A model generated the notes under the pieces. The model saw only the letters and a list, made by a program, of their open reading frames with translations, ran no database searches and was not told where the DNA came from. Shown here piece by piece: positions 38,766 to 50,675 of a stretch of DNA of 64,000 nucleotides. The stretch is from Chiloscyllium plagiosum (Eukaryota): contig NC_057718.1 of assembly GCF_004010195.1 (NCBI RefSeq), forward strand, positions 8,476,494-8,540,493, given 5' to 3'. Positions within the stretch are counted from its first letter, which is position 1; every line of letters starts with the position of its first letter. Made by a program: the position numbers and the translations under genes.

Positions 38766-39994
38766 TAATAACCAGAAAGACAAGGATTTAAGGTAAGAGG
38801 GCAATTGAGGAGAAGCTTTCTCACCCAGAGGGTAGTGGGTATTTGGAGCTTACTATCTGAAAGGGTGGTTAAGTCAGAGACTGTCATAATATTGAAGTAT
38901 ATTTAGAGATGCACTTACATTTCCAGGAGCTATTGGCTGAGAGCTGGAAAATTGAATGAGACCGGGTCGATCTTTGTTAACCAGTATGGACATGATGGGC
39001 CAAATAGCCTTCTTCCCTGTTCTAAATGACCGTGAATCTGTGAAAACTAAAACAACTAATAATCCAAACTCCCATTTTCCGGTTTATATTTCCAAATTGA
39101 ACATGCAGTGCTTACACTTTGTTAAATCGGTCCACACTCTGAACGCAATTGACATGACCTTGGGGCAACAGTTCCCAAAGGATTTGTGAATGGAATGGAA
39201 TTAAATCCCGTGTGGTGAAAACCTGATTTGATTGCTTTGCAGTGGCTGAGCCAATGTCAAAGGGTCATAGATCAAACGTTTAATGCAGTATTGGAATTCA
39301 GGAGCAATCCTTTCCCCAGAGAGTGGCGAAAGTATAAAGCCCACGACCAAAGGGAGATATTCAGCTGAATCAAATTGTTAGATTCAGTGGAAAATTGGAA
39401 ATGCGCTCAGAGGGACAAAGGACCAGAGGCATCTCTCTCCATTAGAGAGTGAGACAATGGGTTATGGATAGTATGAGGATAGCCATTCACCAAGAATGGG
39501 GTAAAGTGTAGAGATAGGATCTCCATGAGCTACCACAACTTCTAGGTGAATTAAAACTGCACTGTTGGCTTTACTTTTCACCACAACCTAGCCAATTGAG
39601 CTACTGACCCCAGGCTATCTGAATAGGGTTAGGTGAAGAGAGGATGAGAGGAGACTTGTTTAGGGCTGAATAGCTCGCTTCTCTGTAGTTAATTTGATCC
39701 AAGTCTTAAAGCAAAGAAATGAGAACATGGTTCCGGAATGATACCACAGACTATTGATGTGATGGACTCAATACTTATTTTGAAAGAATGCACCACAGGA
39801 GTGAAACTATCTGAGTTGAGGTGCATGGTCATTCTATTCCACAAGCATTAGAGAATAATTAAAATGTGCACACATTGCTTGTGATCTGGTGAAATGTGAA
39901 GTTTGGATTTTCCCCATTGTTAATACTGTATATAAATATGCTCACTTGAACAATATTGTATGCTTGTCAGCGTTGGTGAGTAGTGTCTTCTTGG

Positions 39995-40260
39995 GTGAGA
40001 CTCCAGTGCAGTGCTGGAATGAGTGCCACATTGCCAAAGATGCCACCTCCTGTATGTGGCACGAAGACAGGACTCCATCCGATTTTCACAGGTGGAGATG
40101 AACTGCCATTGTTAGCTAAAACAGAATGGCAAGTAGGGTGTTTCTCCCTGGTCTCCTAGTCAGTATTCATTGTCCAATCGATGCCACTAAAAACTTGTTG
40201 GTCATTTCACTGCTTGGTTGTGGGATCTTGCTGTGCACAAATTGATGACCGTATTTTTGA
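39995..40260 (+). mobile_element. Deu-SINE (SacSINE1-like)
   Basis: actccagtgcagtgctg...tctccctggt.tcct.g...tgtgggatcttgctgtgcacaaattg matches the recalled Deu-SINE pattern. Confidence 0.65.
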
Positions 40261-40766
40261 CTGAGCTGATGGTCATGTTAATAGACAAGCTGCTATCTCC
40301 TCTTTGTGCTTGGCAATTCAGCGGGCCACATTTCCCTTCATTCCTGCTTCCTGTGCTTTCTCTATGATGTGAACAATGTGTGTGGTATACCACGAACATC
40401 CTGTTCCTGTGACCAAAGTCAGTGCATCATTTTGAGCTTAGTTCGATTTCTAGCTGTGATGCCACATGGGTATGTGTTTGATTGCATTCAGCAAAAATTG
40501 TTTGACCGTATAAAACAATGCTAATTTGAATAAAAAGATGAATTATTCAATTATTTCTCTGTGTGTGCCTTAACTGCTTAATCAGCAAGATATGATAAGA
40601 TTTTCCACTTTCTCCTTAATATACACCTCCTACAAAACATGAACCTCATCTATTTCCTCAGAATGGTGTTATGATTGAGAAATCTTTTTATTATGCACCC
40701 TGAAATGATGTTTGAACAAACAATGTATTTATATGGCAATCTGTTCTCAGTGAGTTAATCTATTTA

Positions 40767-42198
40767 TCATAGAGTCATGGAGATGTACAGCATAGAAACA
40801 GACCCTTCAGTCCAACTCATCCATGCCAACCAGATAGTCTAGTCCCAATCTAGTCCCAATCCAACCAAATCTAGTCCCACCTGCCCGCACCCGGCCCATA
40901 TCCCTCCAAACCCTTCCTATTCATATACCCATCCAAATGCCTCTTAAATGTTGCAATTGTACTAGCCTCCACCACTTCCTCTGGAAGCTCATTCCATACA
41001 CATATCATCCTCTTTGTGAAACAATTGCCCATTAGGTCTCTTTTATATCTTTCCACTCTCACCCTAAACCCTCTAGTTCTGAACTCCCCTGTCCCAGGGA
41101 AAATACCTTGTCTATTTACCCTATCCATGCCCCTCATGATTTTATAAACCCAACAGCCCCAGCCTATTCAGCCTCTTTCTATAGCTCAAATCCTCCAACA
41201 CTGGCAATATCCTTGCAAATCTTTTCTGAACCCTTTCAATTTTCACAACATCCTTCCAATGGGAAGGAGACCAGAATTGCACGCAATATTCCAACAGTGG
41301 CCTAACCAATGTCCTGTACAGCCACAACATGACCTCCCAACTCCTGTACTCAATACTCTGACCAGTAAAGGAAAGCATACCAAACGCCTTCTTCACTATC
41401 CTATCTACCTGTGACTCTACTTTCAAGGAGCTATGAACCTGCATGTCAAGGTCTGTTTGTTCAGCAACACTCTCTTGGACCTTACCACTAAGTGTATAAG
41501 CCCTGCTATGATTTGCTTTCCCAAAATGCAGCACCTCGCATTTATCTAAATTAAACTCCATCTGCCACTCCTCAGCCCATTGACACACCTGATCAAGATC
41601 CTGTTGTAATCCGAGGTAACCTTCTTCGCTGTCCACTACAACTCCAATTTTGGAGTTATCTGCAAACCTACTAACTATACCTCTTATTCTCGCATCCAAA
41701 TCATTTATCTAAATGATGAAAAGTAGTGGACCCAGCATCGATCCTTGTGGCGCACCACTGCTCAAAGGCCTCCAGTCTAAAAAACAACTCTCCACCACCA
41801 CCCTCTGTCTTCTACCTATGTGCCAGTTCTGTATCCAAGTGGCTAGTTCTCCATGTATTCCATGAGATATAACCTTGCTAATCAGTCTCCCATGGGGAAC
41901 GTTGTTGAATGCCTTACAAAAGTCCATATAGATCACATCTATCACTCTGCCCTCATCAACCCTCTTTGTTACTTCTTCAAAAGGTTTGTGGGACATGATT
42001 TCTCACGCACAAAGCCATGTTGATTATCCATAATCAGTCCTTGCATTTCCAAATGCATGTACATCCTATCCCCCAGGATTCCCTCCAACAACTTGCCAAC
42101 CACCAACGTCAGGATCACCAGTGTATAGTTCCCTGGCTTGTCCTTACCACCTTTCTTAAACAGTGGCACCACGTTAGCCAACCTCCAGTCTTCTGGCA
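40767..42198 (-). mobile_element. CR1/HER1 LINE ORF2 remnant
   Basis: ORFs 41142..41699, 41709..41996 and part of 41969..42481 carry RT motifs. Confidence 0.95.
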
Positions 42199-43177
42199 GT
42201 TCACAAAATTCCATTTGCTCATCCCTTGTTGTCTCTGTGGAGGTAGCCATGAGTTGTTCTCTTGAAATGCTGTAGTGTGTGTTGTGCAAATGCTCCCACA
42301 GTGCTCTTGAGTCAGGAGACACACATTTCGGCTCTGTGGTAATAAAGGAAAAGCAATGTATTTCCAAGTCAGGATGGTGAGTGGCTTGAGGAGGAGCTTG
42401 CAGGTGATGTTGTTCCCCTGCATCTGCTTCTCTTGTCCTCTCAGAAGCTTGATGGGTTGCTGCAGTATGTCGATGGTGCACACAGCTGCCTCTGTGCAGA
42501 ACAAGTGAAAAGATGTCAGCTCAAATTCTTGATCAGTTAACACTTCAGTTAAATCAACCAACAAAAACATTTCATGAGGGAACACGTGAATTTCTACGCT
42601 ACCTTCGAGGGGGACATGGTGGTGTAATGGTAATTTCACTAGACTGGCGATCTAAGCTAATGCTTTAAGAACATGGGTTAAAATTCCACCATGGAAACTA
42701 GCCAAAAACCTGCCATTGACAATAAACTTTCAATAGTGATGAATATGGGACTGTTATTGACTGCTGCAGAAACAGACCAGTTTCACTAATTGGAAGACAA
42801 TCTCACTTTGTTCATTCTCCAAACCTATAATGTGGTTGAATATTAATCTCTTTCTGAAATGACCTCACAAGCTATCGATTAGGGATATGTAAGAAATGTT
42901 GACCCTGTAGTGCTACCACATCTCATTAAAAAATGAAAATGAAATCTTGCCACGGCAAAATATTTCTAGGGTAGCTCTTCAAACAAATCGAGTGACTGGG
43001 TCAGGAAAGCTCACTTGATTATAATTTAAATGGATGGCACTTCTCTGATGGTGCATTTGTATCTGTGTGTGTGTGTGTGCGCGCACACTTATATGTGTGC
43101 ATGTGCTTATCTCTGTGTCTGTTTGTGCACACCTCACTTTCTGATTTTCCTACACTTGCTTTGCCACATGCAGTGAT

Positions 43178-43644
43178 TGTAATGAGGTCAGCCAGGGGGA
43201 CCTCAAAGAATATGAGCTCCCTGATTGGGGCTATTAACCTGATCCAATCAGGGAGCCCCGCTGACAGATGTAAACAGGAGTGTTTTGCCCTTATCAGGTT
43301 TTGCTCAGTATTGGTTCACTGACCACATGGGTGTGTTTTCCTGGTGGTGGAAATATTAAACTAACTTGTTTGCATAATGGTTTCTGTAACGAGTCCCTGC
43401 ATGCACGTACATGCAGATACACTCAGTGTGGTAGAGAAAAGAAAACAATAAGCACTACTGCTGTACAATGGTAGCGTGGGGTGGGGGGGAGTGGGTGGAA
43501 AATAGAATGAACATTTATTAATAAATAAACAGGGGATTCAGAGTCTCCTCACTTCAGGGACTGACTCTGAGGTGGCTGGACATAACCAGTGCACTGTACA
43601 TGTGTGACTTGGTGATGGATATCAGCCTCTGTGGAGTTATTTCA
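43178..43644 (+). mobile_element. Probable interrupted solo LTR
   Basis: Begins TGTAAT, ends ATTTCA; paired inverted CCAAT boxes; no TSD seen; apparently unrelated sequence at ~43292-43535. Confidence 0.45.
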
Positions 43645-45045
43645 CCTGTGCCCTGATAAATGACCCTAGTTGGTGCTGGTTGGGTTCCAGTTGAACAGGT
43701 GCCTGCAATATCTGAACTGAGGACCTTAACCTCCATGTGCACGTCTAATCATTAGGATCTAACAGGTTATTGAACTATGAGGCATCTACGTTAAACTTGA
43801 TGTTTGATTGTGGTGATTTTCCTTTAAGGGAAGACAAACTGATACTTCTTGCTCAGGGTAACCGGCGTTGCTTCGGCCAATGGTAACTCCAACAGCTCTC
43901 CATCTCAGATAAAGGGAGAAAAATTGCAGGGTGATGGTGAAAGGAATGTGACCCATCATTGCCTCTTACAGAGAGCCAGCATGAGTTTGATGGACTGATT
44001 GCCCTCCTCCAGTGCTGTGGGTTATGGTATTGAATGAGGAACCGACAATACCAGCCGTTCTAAGGTCTGGTGCACGGTGAACAGTATTGGCACACTCATC
44101 GTGGCACTGACTCTGGTTCCACGTTCCCTGCTGTACACAGACTTTGGAGGTTCATGCAGTCTGAAAGAAAATTAAAAGCAATGCCACTAGGAATCCACAG
44201 GTGCTGACTAATGCTCCAACAACAAATCCAAATCCCACCATGGCACACAAGTATTTAAACCTGATGGAGAAATGTGCCTTTCAATAATTTTCACAAAACT
44301 ACTGGATTATCATGAAGGTCTAACATGTCCCTCAGGGGACGAAATCTACTTTCCCCACTCTGTATGGCTTACAGGTGACTCCAGAGATGACCTGGCAAAT
44401 CACTGAGTTATACCAAACAAAGAAAAGAGGCTGTTGATGTATCTAGGTCACATGGACTGCAATGGACACTCACCAAAAGGACACTCACCACCACCATCTC
44501 AAAGGCATTTCAGGATGGGCAGTAACTGTTGGCTCAGCTGACAATGCCCATTTATAAAGAGCCAACACAAAACATCCAAGGACCCGCCCCAGGTGAGACA
44601 GAACTACACGAGTGTCATGTGGAGCAACAAGGGCTTTGGGAAAGGCAGGAGAGCTAGTTGTTTCAGTTAATTTGTGTTATTCTGTTTTTATCTGTTTGTG
44701 TGTTGTGGGCATTGTCTCTACCTATCCCTAGTTGCCTTGAGAAGGTGATGGCGAGCTGCCTTGTTGATACCCACAGCGCTGTGAAGGAAGGAGTTCCAGG
44801 ATATTGACCCATCAACACTGTTATGGACTAGGCCACACCACTCAGAACATTTTTAAGCAGGCAGCCCAGACCATAACTTTGCAATTTGCTTCAGTAAGTG
44901 TACAGTGAAAATTACCCAGAGTGATGGAGCTAGATTGACTACCAGGTTTTAAAACAGCAAAAAATGTATTCACAAGAGTACACAATGAAACAAGAACAGG
45001 ATAAAGAACCCCTCCAGAACTTAGTCTATCCAAACTAGACTTAAT

Positions 45046-45610
45046 AAAGTAATTATTCTACAACTCTGTTAGGTGTGATGTTGCGTAATGGGATTGCCTC
45101 TGGAAATCTAGTTGTCCAATTCAGTATTGTTAATCAATACATATTCTCACTTTTTGTTTGAGGTAGGGGACCTATGCAATCAATCAAGACTTTTGTGGAA
45201 GGTTCCTCAAATGCTGGAATAGGTATTAAAAGTGCAGAGTTTATTACTGCCTGTGGTTTTCCGATTAGCTGACATGTACGACACGTCTGGCAAAATTAAA
45301 CTATATCCTTGTGTAGTCCAGGCCAGTAAAATCATCTTTGTATTCTAGCCTGTGTTTTCCTCACCCCTAAATGACCTCCAAGTGGTAGCTCATACACCAC
45401 TCGCAGCACCTCCTTTCTATACCCTACTGGTAAAACAATTTGATGAATCTCTGCCCATTTCTCATCTTCTTGAATGTGTGATGGTCTCTATTTCTTCACT
45501 AAGACATCATTTGCTAAATAATAACACACAGGAATGCATTCACTTTCTTCCTCTGTAAATGCCCTTTGATATGTGTTATAACTCCTCATCTTTCTGCTAT
45601 AATTCAATCA
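45046..45610 (-). pseudogene. Retroviral-type integrase N-terminal part with in-frame stops (absent from the ORF track)
   Basis: Manual translation: GGHLGVRKTQARIQR*FYWPGLHKDIV*FCQTCRTCQ...KVLIDCIGPLP...TTRFPEAIPLRNIT. Confidence 0.9.
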
Positions 45611-46200
45611 GCTATGCAGAGCGAAAGATACTTGTACTTTTGCCTATTTGCTCCTTCATTGTGCCAATTATCTGACCAGAAAAGGTCTCAGATAATGCTA
45701 TGTCAGGTGCCTTATCTGTGCCTTTTAATCCTTTCTGCATCAGCTTGTGCCTCTGTGATCTTGTGATCACACAGTCAGGGAAAGTTCCTGGATAAATGTC
45801 CTTCATTTCTTCAGTTGCCTGCGTCTCCACTAGCTTTTCAATTAGAGTAGGCAGTATACCTACTGGTGAATCAGCTATATCATTTGCAAGGACAAATTGT
45901 ACTCCTGGAGCTGACAGTTTGTCCAGTACTCCTACCATAAAGTCTTCACTCTTCTCTGGAGTCTCCAGCTTCACTTCACATAACTGAGCACTTTTTGTCT
46001 TACCATGAATTCCTGTTGCCAGTACCTTCTCTGGTAATGGTCCCTCAGGAGTACATATCTTCTCATCCTTCAGCATTCCAGACTGAGAGGATCCTGTGTC
46101 CCTTAATATTGTAACCTCCTTACCAACTGCTCTAGGCCTATGTGAATAAACTTTACCCTTACATGTATATTTTTTAAGCAAATCTGGCACTTGTTTCTTA

Positions 46201-46510
46201 GACCATAAGACCATAAGACATAGGAGTGGAAGTAAGGCCATTCGGCCCATCGAGTCCACTCGCCATTCAATCATGGCTGATGCGCATTTCAGCTCCACTT
46301 AACAGCGTTCTCCCCGTAGCCCTTAATTCCTCTAGACAACAAGAATCTATCAATCTCGGCCTTGAAGACATTTAGCGTCCCGGCTTCACTGCACTCCGTG
46401 GCAATGAATTCCACAGGCCCACCACTCTCTGGCTGAAGAAATGTCTCCGCATTTCTGTTCTGAAATGACCCCCTCTAATTCTAAGGCTGTGTCCACGGGT
46501 CCTAGTCTCA
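46201..46510 (-). mobile_element. CR1 LINE 3' end (TCTTATGG tail) nested in the LTR element
   Basis: ORF TRTRGHSLRIRGGHFRTEMRRHFFSQRVVGLWNSLP; CpG-rich, so probably young. Confidence 0.9.
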
Positions 46511-47216
46511 TGGACTGAAATTGACTCTGGAAGCCAAACCGAGTTTGATGAACTCATAACCATCAGCCCCTTCAGCTGCTAACCTTGCTGTTTTAACTCT
46601 CTGCTCTTCCACATGAGTTCACACTACTTCCTCACTGAGCCTACCCTCAGACTTTATCTCTAGCCTTTTAAGCTGACTTTCCTTTTTGATTGTCAGTCTT
46701 TGAAGTTCTTAATCAACCTCTGATCATCTTGTACACTCTGAGGCAGTTGTCTAACTTCCTTTGTGCTTTTTGTTACTAGTCCATCAAAACTTCCAGGCTT
46801 GTCTGGTTTTCCTACATCTGGCTTTCTCCTAGCCCACCAACACTGTGATTTTGTGTGGCCCACTTTATTATAATGAAAACACCGGAGCTTTTTAACTTCT
46901 TTGTCCCCCTCAAGGGTTTCTTTTTTACCCGGTGGTAATTTATCCTTATAATCTTCACTGAGATCTACCTTTCCCTTTCCCCATGAGGATTTCTCTTTGC
47001 CCCAATTTCTATCCCTCATGGACTGAAATTGACTCTGGAAGCCAAACCGAGTTTGATGAACTCATAATCATCAGCCCCTTCAGCTGCTAACCTTGCTGTT
47101 TTAACTCTCTGCTCTTCCACATGAGTTCACACTACTTCCTCACTGAGCCTACCCTCAGACTTTATCTCTAGCCTTTTAAGCTGACTTTCCTTTTTGATTG
47201 TCAGTCTTTGAAGTTC
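46507..47216 (+). repeat. 202-bp direct repeat (46507-46708 and 47015-47216)
   Basis: The two copies differ at one position seen (ataacc / ataatc). Confidence 0.95.
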
Positions 47217-48469
47217 AAAAGCTCTCTTTTTCTTTCCCTACTCTCTCTTTTTCCCTCTCTTCTGCTTTTAATCATAACTCAATCTGTTTCATTTCTGCTG
47301 CCCTTTCCTTATCTCTTGCCTCTAACTCAAGCTGCTTCACTTGCAATTGAATTCTTGCCATCTCTATAGATTCTGATGGTTTCTCCTGCAAGTTGAAATG
47401 CTGAGCTACTGCTGTAATTATCTCTCCTTTCCTCACAGAAGCAGGCAGTTCCAATTCCAGCTTCTTTGCTAATTCCTGCAGCTTGGTCTTATTCACTTTT
47501 GCAAAACTCCCAAAGTCACCGCATCCACATCCAGAAAACCTCTGGCAACTAAACGAGCCATTACTATCCCAAGCTTTGTCCACCCAATCAAACTAACACC
47601 AGAAATAAAGACACTAGCACCCACCACTCACTGTTTAAAATCCCACAAATAGCCCCCAATCTGTTATGGATGAGGCCAGATTACTCAAAACATTCTTAAG
47701 CAGGCAGCCCAGACCATAACTTTGCAATTTGTTTTGGTAAGTGTACAGTGAAAATTACCCAGAGTACGGTAGCAAGGTTGACTACCAGGTTTAAAACAGA
47801 CAAACATTTATTCACAAGATTACACAATGAAACACAAAGAACAGAATAAAAAAACCCTACACAACTCAGTCTATCCAAACTAGGCTTAATTATGCTGTTC
47901 CGAATATACACAACAGTCCCAATAAGCAAACCTTCTTGAAACACAGCTAAAAAATGGAACAGATGCTTACAGGTTGAAGTTAGAAGAGCAGAAAGAAAGA
48001 GAGTTTGTTTCCACACAGCTCACTGTTGAAATCCCAACCAGTTCTGGACTGAACTAAACTGCTCAGCTAGAGAGCTGACCACTCCCCTTTCATTCTACAG
48101 GTCACTTCTAAAACATGACCAATTTGGCCTGAAGTCTCATCTCTCTACATATAAACAAAAGGCCTCTCAAAATCCTTTTCACCCCTGTACCAAACCAATC
48201 TAATCAGCACTGAGAGCGGTTTATTACACCTCTGAAAAAAATTAAATAGAGAGTATCCTTGAGAAAAGGAAGAGCCTTTAGTAAAAAGAACCCTGCTTTG
48301 TGACAACACTGAAGGAACAGCAATATATTTCCATGCCCGAACTGAGTGGCTTGGAGGAGATCTTGCAGGGAGTGGACATAGAATAGGGGGAAGAACAACC
48401 TTCCCCTCTACACTTGCACTATTTTAGATTTATGCATGTAAGCTGAGTGAAAAGGCATTAACTTTCTGA

Positions 48470-48905
48470 CACCAAAACAGAATTAGCTGGAGCAACTCAG
48501 CAGGTCTGGCAGCATCTGAGGAGAGAAAGTGCAGTTAACATTTCAGGTCCAGTGACCCTTCTTCAGAACTCATTGTTGCTAGAAAAAGGTTGGTATATAC
48601 GCTAAAGATGAGCGGAAGGTGAAGGAGTAAACGATAGCTGGAGATGAAGCTGAGAGAGAGAGAGTGGGAGAGAGAGAAAGAGAGAGAGAGAGAGAGAAAG
48701 AGGAGAGCCAGAGAAAACAGCAGTTGGTTAGATGAAGCATTGAATAATAGTGAGCCAGGGAGAAGGAGAAGCTGCTAATGAGGAGCATTATATGGCAAAA
48801 CTGAGCTGAATGTGGTGAATGCAGTCCATGTGGTGGCAAGACCTGGTGTTTGGGGATGGGGGAAGGACATGGAAAAGATACCTGGGTCCTCAAATTATTG
48901 AACTA
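48470..48905 (-). mobile_element. PLE 3' end (family C) with hammerhead core 48533-48570 and a (GA)n tract
   Basis: Minus strand agttCTGAAGAagggtcactggacctGAAAtgttaact. Confidence 0.7.
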
Positions 48906-49214
48906 ATTCTCTGACGTTGTGTTTCAAATTGCAGCACAGCGTAAATCAGCCTGTTAGTGTGGAGAGCCTGGCCTCAGCTTTATTCGAGGAAGTGAGTTAA
49001 CACCTTGTCATTCGCCTTGCACACTATCTTTGGCTCACCTGTCAACATGTTTTATCGTTGTCTGTGTTATTTGGGGGTTTCACACCCCTGTCAACATGTT
49101 GGCGCCATTTAAATGAACTCATTTTCACAGTTTGGAACTGTAACATTCAATGGAGCATAAAAAAGACATTCAGATTATTATATCCATACAGGATCTTTCA
49201 GTAAGGTTACCAAT

Positions 49215-49842
49215 GGCTCTTGCCTCTTCAGTCTCTACCACCAATGTCACGTACTGCATCCATTGTATCCAGTGTGGTCTCCTCTACATCAGGGAGACAG
49301 GATGCCTTCTTGCAGATCGTTTCAGAGAGCATCTTGGGACACCTGCCCCCACTGACCCCACTGCCCTGTGGCTGAACACTTCAAATCCCCCACCCACTCC
49401 ATCAAGAACATGCAGGTTCTGGGCCTCCTCCACCACAAAACCGTTACCACCCTATGCCTGGAGGAAGAGCGCCTCATATTCCGCCTTGGGACCCTGCAAC
49501 CACATGGGATAAATGTGGATTTCAGCTGCTTCCTCATTTCTCCTTTCCCCACATTATCCCAGTTCCAAGCCTCCAACTCAGCATCACCCTCCAGACCTGT
49601 CTATTACTCCCCCCTCTGACCTATCACCTTCTCCCTCACCTTCAACCACCGATCACATTCCCCCCAACCCTACCTGCCTCCCATTTATCTTTCATCCGTG
49701 ACCCATACGTATCATTTCTGATGAAGAGCTTATTCTCGAAACATCGATCCTCCTGCTCCTCAGATGCTGCCTGATCTGCTGTGCTATTCCAGCATCACAC
49801 TCTCGACCCTGTTCTCCAGCACCTGCAGTCCTCACTTTCTCT
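49215..49842 (+). mobile_element. PLE GIY-YIG endonuclease end plus terminal repeat (family A)
   Basis: NVTYCIHCIQCGLLYIRETG...RFREH; LEEERLIFRLGTLQPHGINVDF; hammerhead-like core at ~49718. Confidence 0.9.
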
Positions 49843-50223
49843 GACAGCCTGTAAATCCTTGTTGTGGCCAACTCAGTTGGAACTTCCTACCCGAAACTGG
49901 ACACATTCTGTTGCCCTTTTGACAGATGGGATCACCATCAGATTGATGATGGTGCAGGGAACCACACAATTAGAAATCATGCTTTCATTATCATGGAATC
50001 CCTCCAGTGTGAGAGCAGGCCATTCGGCCCATTGAGTCAACACTGACCCTCCGAAGTGCATCCTTCCTAGACCCATCCATGGCTAACCCATCAAACGTGT
50101 ACATACCCAGACACTATGGCACAATCATGATATGGAGGTGCCTGTGTTGGACTGGTGTGTACAAAGTTAAAGATCACACAACCCCAGTGTTAAAAATCAC
50201 ACAACATCAGGCTTATTTGAAAG

Positions 50224-50258
50224 CACTAGCTTTCGGAGCACCGCTCCTTCATCAGGTG
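50224..50258 (-). ncRNA. Minimal type I hammerhead ribozyme motif (equivalent intact copy at 53623-53657, minus)
   Basis: CAC-CUGAUGA-A-GGAGC-GGU-GCUCC-GAAA-GCUA-GUG: complete core, helix I CAC/GUG, 5-bp helix II, palindromic AGCU in place of helix III. Activity untested. Confidence 0.75.
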
Positions 50259-50407
50259 GCTGTGGAGTATAAGATCATAAGACACAGAACTTATAGGAGA
50301 AGTTTACAGTGTAATGAAACTGAAATTATATGTTAAAAAAGACCTGAATTGTTTGTTAAGTCTCTCATCTTTTTGAATGACCATGCTGGTTTCAGTTCTT
50401 TCATATG

Positions 50408-50675
50408 GGTGGCATAGTGGCATAGTGGTTAGCACTGTTGCCTCAGTGCCAGAGACCGGGGTTCAATTCCCGCCTCAGGCGACTGACTGTGTGGAGTTTG
50501 CACGTTCTCCCTGTGTCAGCGTGGGTTTGCTCCAGTTTCCTCCCACAGTCCAAAGATGTGCAGGTTAGGTGAATTGGCCATGCTAAATTTGCCCGTAGTG
50601 TTAGGTCAGGGGTGATGGGTCGGTGTGGCTTTGTTGGGCCGAAGGGCCTGTTTCCACATTATAATCTAATCTAAT
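50408..50675 (+). mobile_element. HE1/V-SINE nested in the PLE left arm
   Basis: Head, core and (TCTAA)n tail; absent from the right arm. Confidence 0.88.

Larger units (their letters stand above)
44819..48305 (-). mobile_element. Gmr1-like Ty3/Gypsy LTR retrotransposon, internally deleted
   Basis: TG...CA termini with TSD ACAC (44815-44818, 48306-48309). 5' LTR 47662-48305; partial 3' LTR 44819-45045. PBS TGGGGGCT (tRNA-Pro-like) at ~47640-47658. Gag coiled coil, zinc knuckle CFHYNKVGHTKSQC, protease LRDTGSSQS, then integrase. Confidence 0.9.

Noticed and set aside
45612..46298. 228-aa ORF as a domesticated host protease gene
   Set aside because: Chimeric: it starts in the antisense-unrelated CR1 tail insert and continues into retrotransposon protease; the adjacent integrase has several stops.
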